Assembly: GCF_001465295.1 (NCBI RefSeq)
Contig: NZ_CP011034.1
Span: 1,920,001 to 1,952,000, forward strand
Direction: 5' to 3'
From: Pseudoalteromonas translucida KMM 520
Lineage (GTDB): Bacteria > Pseudomonadota > Gammaproteobacteria > Enterobacterales > Alteromonadaceae
Length of the DNA: 32,000 bases
Shown here one piece after another: positions 20,097 to 27,798 of this stretch. The notes below the pieces were generated by a model. It ran no database searches. It saw nothing but the letters and a program-made list of their open reading frames with translations, and was not told where the DNA came from. Made by a program: the position numbers and the translations under genes. Position 1 is the first letter of the stretch; every line of letters begins with the position of its first letter.

Positions 20097-20531
20097 CTAG
20101 TTTTTACCCGATTCTAATTTCTGCTTTAATAATTCAATAAGTTGAATGTTAAGCCCGGTAATTTCAGCTTCTAGCACCTTCACTTTTGCCTGCGACTCTT
20201 CATCATCTTTACTGCGTAACAATGCAGTTTCTTGCAGTAGTTTTTCAAGCTTTTCTTGTATTTCAGCAATCAGTTCATCAAGGGGATCACCTTCAGATTA
20301 TGATGCTTGATCTACATCTTCATTACCTAATAACTTGCGAAATGCCGCTTGATTTTTATCTTCCAGACTTTTTTCCGCCCCCTCTTCAGATATATCTACT
20401 TGAACACCTTGAGCCACTCCCTTTTGCACTGTCTGTTTTTCAGAAACGTCATCAGCCACCACCTTTAAAATTTGTTTTTTCGGGTGAGCTTCTAAAGATT
20501 TAGACGTTATGTTAACTGACATTTTATCCAT
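20097..20531 (-). pseudogene. FlxA-like coiled-coil protein gene interrupted by one in-frame TAA (77 + 66 codons)
   Basis: The listed 77-aa ORF ends at a TAA (comp. 20300-20298). The same frame stays open for 66 more codons (SEGDPLDELIAEIQEKLEKLLQETALLRSKDDEESQAKVKVLEAEITGLNIQLIELLKQKLESGKN) to a TAG at comp. 20099-20097. The heptad-like pattern with an acidic centre resembles FlxA-family proteins; the family call is tentative. Confidence 0.4.
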
Positions 20532-20624
20532 TGTAACACCCCTTATTTAATCAATTATTGGTGGCTATTGCTCAACTATAAATATAATGTTTTGCCAGCT
20601 GTTATTTGTTCTTGTATATAAAAT

Positions 20625-20879
20625 TTGTGCCTGTCCTATTTTACTTCTAAATTTTTAAGGCAAACATTTGTGCGTTATTCATTTTGGGAAAAAACATATT
20701 ATCGGCAGCAAGAAGCCAAAGGAAAACCCCATAATACCATCACCAGATCATTAGCATCTAAGTGGATACGAATACTATTTAGGTGCTGGAAAACATATAC
20801 GCCCTACGATGAATCAACTTACTTAACTGCATTGAAAAGTAAGAGATCACCGCTGTTAAAATTTACGGTGGGAAGTTAG
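20625..20879 (+). mobile_element. 3' remnant of an IS110-family (IS1111-like) transposase gene; the N-terminal catalytic domain is missing
   Basis: The translation ..KFLRQTFVRYSFWEKTYYRQQEAKGKPHNTITRSLASKWIRILFRCWKTYTPYDESTYLTALKSKRSPLLKF matches the conserved IS110-family C-terminus (..YY..QR.KGKSH..A.RALAFKWIRI.FRCW....PYDE..YL.AL...GSPLL). Only about 75 of the roughly 340-400 expected codons are present. The frame is closed by a TAA at 20619-20621. Confidence 0.75.
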
Positions 20880-20883
20880 CTTT

Positions 20884-20924
20884 AGTGCTTGCTGTCCACC
20901 TCAGGGCGTGTTGTTAGACTTACA
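20884..20924 (-). other. truncated integron attC site of cassette 2 (R'' core plus L''-side arm only)
   Basis: The minus strand reads TGTAAGTCTAAC-AACACGCCCTGAGGTGGACAGCAAGCAC. GTCTAAC fits RYYYAAC and starts 5 nt after the ORF stop. The 12 nt TGTAAGTCTAAC are the exact reverse complement of the first 12 nt of the cassette (comp. 22330-22319). The partner arm is absent and the IS110 remnant abuts here. Confidence 0.7.
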
Positions 20925-22256
20925 TTACTCATCACCTGAGTCATCATCTTTATTTTTATCTTTATAAGCCTTGAAAATCTTGAGTAACTTCTCATTATCC
21001 GTAAGGGGATCTCGATAAGTATTTAGGATTTTTTGAAGTTTCTCATTACCCGCAAATGGGTCTTGATAAGAATTTAGGATTTTTTGTAGCTTTTCATTAC
21101 CCGCAAATGAGTCTTGATAAGAGTTAAGGATTCTTTGTAGCTTTTCATTACCCGCAAATGAGTCTTGATAAGAGTTAAGGATTCTTTGAAGTTTCTCATT
21201 ACCCGCAAATGAGTCTTGATAAGAGTTAAGGATTCTCTGAAGTTTCTCATTACCCGCAAATGAGTCTTGATAAGAGTTAAGGACTTTTTGTAATGGCTCA
21301 TTACCAATTGGCTGAAGATGCTGAACCTCAGCATCTTCGATAGAGCTTTCACTTACATCAATAGATAAATTTGATTTACCATCTTCTAGAAACATTGATG
21401 TACTGTACATATGAAAGTTTTTGATATTTGACTCTCGATATATTTCAGATTGTAGCTCAGCAAGGGGACCAATAGTTTTTTTACCATTTAAATTTATTTT
21501 GTACCACCAGTCTTCTTTCGCGTCGTCAGTAATGAAAATTACATTCTCAATATTATCATTCTGTGACTTCTTAATTAATTGTTTCCAAAGAATAAGATCT
21601 CCATATTGTCTCTCATAATTTAAGCCATCATTATAAAAGTGTGTTTCATCATCACCATTACCTTTTCCTGCATCCTTAAAACCCGGAGGGATTTTATTTT
21701 TAAATCGATCTTTTCCTTCAATGTAAAGTTCGTCTAACCACTTTTGGTCTTCTGGTTTTTCACCGACTTTCTCATGGAAAAAATCATTGAGTTTATCTCT
21801 TATTTCATCATGCGATCTTACACATGGTTGTTCATTATCCCAGTGCTGAACAGACTTCTTGTAATTTGAAATACTCTTGTTAATTTCTTTTTCAAGTTTC
21901 TCTGTATTTTCAAACAATTTAGGGAAACGGCGTTTAAGTGCTAGTTTTTCGAAATCCCCTTTAAAAACTTTTTGAATTTTACCTAAATTACTTTCAATAT
22001 CATTAAAAACTACTTTTTCATTTTTAATTATGCTTAATCTACGTCTTTGATACTCCAAGCCTACATGGTACGGGAGCCATAACTTATCGTTAACAGCATC
22101 AAGGATACTAAAGAAGTCATCCCTAGTTTGTTTAGCATATCCATATAAATTAAGTAGAACGTTGGTATCAAAAACAAAAATAGTTTTTTCATCCTTCCAT
22201 AACTCTTCCAATACAGCACTATCAATATTGTAAAACCCTTTAAATATATCTTTCAT
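20925..22256 (-). CDS. PIN-like domain nuclease (DUF4935/PIN-like type) with a C-terminal 7 x 17-aa tandem-repeat tail
   Basis: N-terminal PIN acidic residues lie in characteristic contexts: FVFDTNVLLNLY (D30), YHVGLEYQRR (E68), YGDLILW (D220), FITDDAKEDWW (D244/D245). Residues about 319-436 are repeats of NEKLQ(R/K)ILNSYQDSFAG, followed by an acidic end DDDSGDE. Confidence 0.75.
   Translation of the reverse strand: MKDIFKGFYNIDSAVLEELWKDEKTIFVFDTNVLLNLYGYAKQTRDDFFSILDAVNDKLWLPYHVGLEYQRRRLSIIKNEKVVFNDIESNLGKIQKVFKGDFEKLALKRRFPKLFENTEKLEKEINKSISNYKKSVQHWDNEQPCVRSHDEIRDKLNDFFHEKVGEKPEDQKWLDELYIEGKDRFKNKIPPGFKDAGKGNGDDETHFYNDGLNYERQYGDLILWKQLIKKSQNDNIENVIFITDDAKEDWWYKINLNGKKTIGPLAELQSEIYRESNIKNFHMYSTSMFLEDGKSNLSIDVSESSIEDAEVQHLQPIGNEPLQKVLNSYQDSFAGNEKLQRILNSYQDSFAGNEKLQRILNSYQDSFAGNEKLQRILNSYQDSFAGNEKLQKILNSYQDPFAGNEKLQKILNTYRDPLTDNEKLLKIFKAYKDKNKDDDSGDE
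20938..21310 (-). repeat. 51-bp in-frame tandem repeat array (about 7 units) inside the PIN-like gene
   Basis: Units start at 20989, 21040, 21091, 21142, 21193 and 21244 with an exact 51-bp period. Degenerate units lie at both ends. Adjacent central units (21091-21243) differ by about 2 bases each in my by-eye alignment. Confidence 0.9.
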
Positions 22257-22318
22257 TCATTGTCCTAAATTAGTTCTGCTTTTAAATAAATATGCTGAGG
22301 GATGTTGTTAATTGTGTC

Positions 22319-22424
22319 TGTAAGTCTAACGTCTGTGTTCAGCGGCATTTGAGGCGACACCTGTTTTTGTGGCAGCAAAATTGGGTGGTCCCTCAAATGT
22401 CCGCTGCAACGACTTGTTATAAGC
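22319..22424 (-). other. complete integron attC recombination site (about 101 bp core, R''-L''...L'-R')
   Basis: The minus strand reads GCTTATAAC-AAGTCGTT-GCAGCGGACATTTGAGGG-(35 nt)-CCTCAAATGCCGCTGAAC-ACAGAC-GTTAGAC. The L''/L' arms pair except for one unpaired A in L'', an extrahelical base. R' GTTAGAC fits GTTRRRY. R'' starts 4 nt after the upstream ORF stop. Confidence 0.8.
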
Positions 22425-23691
22425 AACCTTACCGCGGCAAGTGGAATGCTTGGATAGCAATATGAACTTCTCGATTTGAATCATCATTAATGTGAAACCG
22501 ATACTGATACCAACCTTCTTCCACCTCTTTGACAAATCCCAAATGATTCGGATGTTCTGAAGTAACTTCACGAATAGTTTCGAGGACGGGGCTGAACTCC
22601 TTGTTGGATATGAACATAACCACTGCTGCCTTTGAATCCCTCCAAGTGAGATACGAAAGCAACTGAGTTATTGTTTCGAGATAGCCTTTCTTCCCATGCC
22701 AATATTTCAATTCGGCCACGAACACATTTGAGCCCTCGTGACGAAGCAAAATATCTGTTTTACCTTTCTTATTAAATGTTTCGCCCGTTGCAGAACCCTC
22801 AAAATTTGGCTCTAAAATCAGAAGCATATGATCACGAAGATGTTCCTCACCTTTTCCAGCGTATGTACTCGGCAACCGCTCAAATTGCTTGCCAACATCG
22901 TGGATAATTTTGAGAATCTGATGGTAAATTGCGTTATCAAGAGTTGGTTCCGGCTTATAGCCTTTGGCAGTAACTTCGGGCTTGGGCTTGCTTGGTATGG
23001 CTGGGGTTCGTTTAGCTGGAACTGAGAACGTAGAAGGTGTGCTGTGAGCTTTTCGAACAGGAATACCCAAAGCCGAAATCACGTCATGTTTCTTTAACAA
23101 CTGTTCTTTTCGTGCATCGAATGCTTTGCTCAACAGTGACTCCAACGACCCGTTGAATCTTACTAGATCGTTCGTAAGATTCTGGTTTTGCGACGTTAAC
23201 TGCGCCACAACATTATCAGCCTCGCGCTTTATCGCTTCCGCTTCTTGGTTAAAGTTAATAATTTCAAACTGAATTTCCCGACCATCAGTCTGAATACGCG
23301 GAGATGACATGCTGTATGTACTTGCACGAACCTTGAGCAACTGAGCATCCCCAGAAAACGGCAGGTGGAAGGTGTACACATCTTTTGGATAGGATTTTCC
23401 ATTGTCCACCCAGTATGAACTGGGATGTCGTTTGGCAGGAATCATCCGTTCTTCAACAGAAACCGATAGTTGCTCTTGATGAATTTCCAATGGCTGCATT
23501 GAAAACTCCGAACCCAAATGATCAAGGTATTCCGTCTTGTTTACATTCAGAATGTAATCGTCAGTCTGGCCCTTTATAGCTTGAAGGGCTTGTTCCTTCC
23601 TGCCTTCGATTACGCCAAATCCATCTAACTCATAAAAGGCTACAAAATAATTATGCCCGTATCGACTCATCTCAGCTCCAGTAGCTTATAA
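22330..23691 (-). mobile_element. integron gene cassette 1 (413-aa nuclease-like protein), complete, 1362 bp
   Basis: It starts TTATAAGC (from G|TTATAAGC, comp. 23692-23684) and its own attC carries the exact complement GCTTATAAC (comp. 22424-22416). It holds a single ORF with an SD-like GGAG 6 nt before the ATG. It ends at the G of R' GTTAGAC. Confidence 0.75.
22429..23670 (-). CDS. hypothetical two-domain protein with a C-terminal PD-(D/E)xK-like nuclease motif
   Basis: The 413-aa ORF has an N-terminal domain of about 200 aa ending in a coiled-coil-like stretch (aa 140-195). A Pro/Lys/Ser-rich linker spans aa 205-243. The C-terminal domain has the ordered motif GEEHLRD (E275/E276) .. GKTDILL (D306) .. 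FVAELKYW (E320-x-K322) .. ITQLLSY (Q336). This is the E...D...ExK...Q order of restriction-endonuclease-fold enzymes. Confidence 0.6.
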   Translation of the reverse strand: MSRYGHNYFVAFYELDGFGVIEGRKEQALQAIKGQTDDYILNVNKTEYLDHLGSEFSMQPLEIHQEQLSVSVEERMIPAKRHPSSYWVDNGKSYPKDVYTFHLPFSGDAQLLKVRASTYSMSSPRIQTDGREIQFEIINFNQEAEAIKREADNVVAQLTSQNQNLTNDLVRFNGSLESLLSKAFDARKEQLLKKHDVISALGIPVRKAHSTPSTFSVPAKRTPAIPSKPKPEVTAKGYKPEPTLDNAIYHQILKIIHDVGKQFERLPSTYAGKGEEHLRDHMLLILEPNFEGSATGETFNKKGKTDILLRHEGSNVFVAELKYWHGKKGYLETITQLLSYLTWRDSKAAVVMFISNKEFSPVLETIREVTSEHPNHLGFVKEVEEGWYQYRFHINDDSNREVHIAIQAFHLPR

Positions 23692-23692
23692 C
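23684..23692 (-). other. cassette-boundary core site GTTATAAGC (R'-type) at the upstream end of cassette 1
   Basis: It is a perfect reverse complement of the R'' core at 22416-22424. It lies 13 nt upstream of the ATG. Immediately upstream is only a 6-bp-stem hairpin (AACGAG..CTCGTT), not a full attC. Confidence 0.55.
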
Positions 23693-23735
23693 GAGCCTGT
23701 AGATTAACTCGTTTTTTGTTTTTATTCATAAACAA

Positions 23736-23764
23736 ACCATAGCTGAGTTCCTATTTTGGTTCAA
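23736..23764 (-). promoter_or_regulatory. candidate sigma70 promoter reading into cassette 1
   Basis: The minus strand reads TTGAAC (comp. 23764-23759), a 17-nt spacer, then TATGGT (comp. 23741-23736). Each hexamer matches consensus at 4 of 6 positions. It lies about 65 nt upstream of the ATG. This is sequence-only and weak. Confidence 0.25.
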
Positions 23765-24071
23765 TCGATTACTTATTTATGCAGAATATAAAGTGGGAGT
23801 TTGATGTTGTTTTAATTGGTATTCTGGAAGGAATTACTGGTGTTTAAGCGGCTTTATTGAGGTTAAAAGAGCTTCCCCCTCTTAATGCATCGTGTTTTGC
23901 AGCTTTTCTATATTATGAACAAGGCAATACAGTTGCCATTACGCATTCACTTGACCCCGTAACAGATAAAAAGTCGTAACAAGGACAGGCGCATATTTTT
24001 TGGCAAAGAACTGTAACGCGCTAAAGCACGCCCTACATATTAGCTGAACCTTTTTACTTTTAACCTATAAT

Positions 24072-24108
24072 AAAAAAGCCGCTGTTTATTACAAACAGCG
24101 GCTTTCTT
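24072..24108. terminator. rho-independent terminator downstream of serS (bidirectional shape)
   Basis: A 10-bp stem agccgctgtt (24077-24086) / aacagcggct (24094-24103) is flanked by an A-run on one side and a T-rich run on the other. It lies about 45 nt after the serS stop. Confidence 0.8.
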
Positions 24109-24149
24109 TTTAAGCTCATAAGCCTAAAACCAGACTTAAAACTTAAGTT

Positions 24150-25835
<1,686 letters not shown>

Positions 25836-25843
<8 letters not shown>

Positions 25844-27179
25844 TTTCGTATCGTTTAAGTGGGCTTTGCGCGTCGCGCTCTTTTAAGTAATCGAGCTTTT
25901 GCTTAATTTTTTGCTCAAGGCCACGATCGCTCGGTAAATAATATTCCTTACCTTGCATTTCTGGTGGTAAATACTTCTCTCCGGCAGCAAAAGCGCCTTC
26001 TTCGTTATGCGCATAACGATACTCAGCGCCATACCCTAAGTCTTTCATTAAGTTGGTTGGCGCATTACGTAAATGCTCTGGCACTGGGTAACTTGGCTCG
26101 TTTTGAGCATCGGCCTTGGCTTGATTAAACGCCATATACACCGCATTACTTTTAGGTGCGCTGGCTAAATAAAGTGTGGCTTGGGCAATTGCGCGTTCGC
26201 CCTCGCTTGGGCCAACTCGCTGAAAAATATCCCATGCGTTTAGCGCCACTTCCATAGCGCGCGGATCGGCGTTGCCTATGTCTTCTGTGGCAATGGCAAG
26301 TAAGCGCCTAGCTACATATAAAGGGTCGCCACCACCGGCTAAAATACGGCAATACCAATACAGCGCGCCATCGGGGGAGCTGCCTCGTACCGATTTATGA
26401 AAGGCCGATATTAAGTCGTAAAATTCATCGCCGCCTTTATCGTATTTAGCTAAATGTGTGGGCAGCACTTGGCTAAGTACGTGCTCGTCTACATTGTATT
26501 GGCCGTTTTGCTCTGTGGTTAAATCAACCGCTTGCTCTAGTAAGTTAAGTACTTTGCGCGCGTCGCCACCACTTGCTTGGCACAGTGCTTTTTTTGCGTT
26601 GTCGGCAATTACTATGTGCTTTTGGCTTAATTGTTCGTCTTGTTTGAGTGCGCGATTTATTACTGTGTATAGATCGGTATCGGCAAGCGATTTTAAAACA
26701 TACACACGGGCACGCGACAAAATAGCGTTGTTAAGTGCAAACGAGGGATTTTCGGTGGTTGCACCTACAAATATAAAGGTGCCGTCTTCTATGTGCGGTA
26801 AAAATGCATCTTGCTGGGATTTATTAAAACGGTGAACTTCGTCAACAAACATTAAGGTACGTTGGCCACGGCTTTGTAGGTTTTCGCGCGCCTGCGTAAC
26901 GCTGTCGCGAATGTCTTTAACGCCTGCAGTAACTGCCGACATTTGAATAAGCGCAGCATCGGCATGATTAGCAATTATTTGCGCGAGCGTTGTTTTACCC
27001 ACGCCCGGCGGGCCCCACAGTATTAAACTATGACAGCGCCCTGCAACAATTGCCTGATGCAGTGGTTTATCGGCGCTGAGTAAGTGCTGCTGACCAATAT
27101 ATTCATCAAGGGTTGTTGGGCGCATACGCGCTGCGAGTGGGCGTACATCGGGCCCAAAGTTAAATCCTAAGTTACTCAC
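25836..27179 (-). CDS. rarA: replication-associated recombination protein A (AAA+ ATPase, MgsA/YcaJ)
   Basis: 447 aa. [18 protein letters not shown], Walker [12 protein letters not shown], Walker B and sensor [24 protein letters not shown], and ATTENPSF are nearly identical in pattern to E. coli RarA. Confidence 0.95.
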
Positions 27180-27798
27180 CGTTACTCTGATCGTCTATTT
27201 CAACACCTTCTGGAGGCGTAAATTCAAAGGTACTTTTATCAAGCGGCGTATTAACTTGTGCATCATTAAAAGTAAACGACGATAACTGCCCTGAATTATC
27301 GGTTACCACTAATTTAGCCAAACCTTGCTCGTTACCAGCAAAGGTTATATCTAGCTGCTCTACTTGGCTTTCTACGCCTTTGTTTGGCGTTACGCTAAAG
27401 CCGCTATTTGTGGCCATTACGCTGTATTTTTCCCACTGCGCTGGATCTTTTGACGTAAGTAACACAAACGGCGTTGAATCTATAAGGCTGCTAGTTTGCA
27501 TAATAGTTACTTGCTCGGCGAAGCTGTCGAAGTAATATGTTTTATCACCATTTGATACAAATAATGTATCGTCTGGATTGGTTTGCTGCCAGCGGATCAT
27601 CATAGGTTGTTGCAGGGCAATTGTGCCCTCGCCTTGCATTACTGCTTGGCCTTGTTTGTCTGTTACTTTTTGCGCAAACTGCGCTTTAAAGCTTTTTAGC
27701 GATGCGAGTTGATCTTGTAATGCTTGGCTGTCGTCTGCAAAGCTTGGCGTAGCAACTAAGCTGCCAAGTACTAATAATAAGGTGTTAAGTTTTTTCAT
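27172..27798 (-). CDS. lolA: outer-membrane lipoprotein carrier protein LolA
   Basis: 208 aa with a signal peptide ([14 protein letters not shown]). The segment [13 protein letters not shown] is typical of LolA. The conserved position between ftsK and rarA agrees. Its start codon overlaps the ftsK stop by 1 nt. Confidence 0.88.
   Translation of the reverse strand: MKKLNTLLLVLGSLVATPSFADDSQALQDQLASLKSFKAQFAQKVTDKQGQAVMQGEGTIALQQPMMIRWQQTNPDDTLFVSNGDKTYYFDSFAEQVTIMQTSSLIDSTPFVLLTSKDPAQWEKYSVMATNSGFSVTPNKGVESQVEQLDITFAGNEQGLAKLVVTDNSGQLSSFTFNDAQVNTPLDKSTFEFTPPEGVEIDDQSNGE

Larger units (their letters stand above)
20884..22329 (-). mobile_element. integron gene cassette 2 (PIN-like/repeat protein), with its attC truncated
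   Basis: It begins with TTAGAC at the crossover point of the preceding attC R' (G|TTAGAC, comp. 22330-22324). It contains a single ORF. It ends with the complementary R'' core GTCTAAC (comp. 20919-20913). Confidence 0.7.

Noticed and set aside
20186-20503. 105-aa plus-strand ORF
   Set aside because: It is antisense to the FlxA-like reading frame. Its low-complexity Leu/Phe/Pro-rich translation is typical of a shadow ORF.
20938-21310. Regular 51-bp repeats that could be mistaken for a CRISPR array
   Set aside because: The units are directly adjacent with no unique spacers. They lie in-frame inside a long ORF and translate into a coherent 17-aa peptide repeat. No cas genes are present.
21074-21352. 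92-aa minus-strand ORF in the track
   Set aside because: It is an alternative reading frame of the 51-bp tandem repeat inside the 443-aa gene. Its repetitive translation is a by-product of the repeat.
22326-22571. 81-aa minus-strand ORF spanning the cassette junction
   Set aside because: It overlaps the 3' end of the 413-aa gene in another frame and runs through the attC palindrome. It has no RBS or coding signal, so it is most likely spurious.
23686-23717. Short hairpin AACGAG-12 nt-CTCGTT abutting the GTTATAAGC core, considered as a complete upstream attC
   Set aside because: The stem is only 6 bp and the whole structure is about 30 nt, with no L boxes or extrahelical bases. That is too small for a functional attC. 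It may be a deletion remnant and is noted only inside the leader-region finding.
23750-23775. ggttcaatcgatt resembling a tRNA T-arm (GGTTCGAATCC), considered as a tRNA fragment or att site
   Set aside because: No acceptor stem or other cloverleaf elements are nearby. The similarity is limited to about 8 nt.
23693-24071. Search for an integron integrase gene or pseudogene upstream of cassette 1
   Set aside because: No ORF over about 30 codons occurs on either strand, and I recognised no tyrosine-recombinase-like peptide (R..H-x-x-R..Y box) in any frame by eye. A sensitive tblastn is still advisable.
25844-25900. Fluoride riboswitch (crcB motif) expected upstream of crcB
   Set aside because: The crcB start overlaps the rarA stop codon, so there is no intergenic space. 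crcB appears translationally coupled to rarA, and no riboswitch is possible here.
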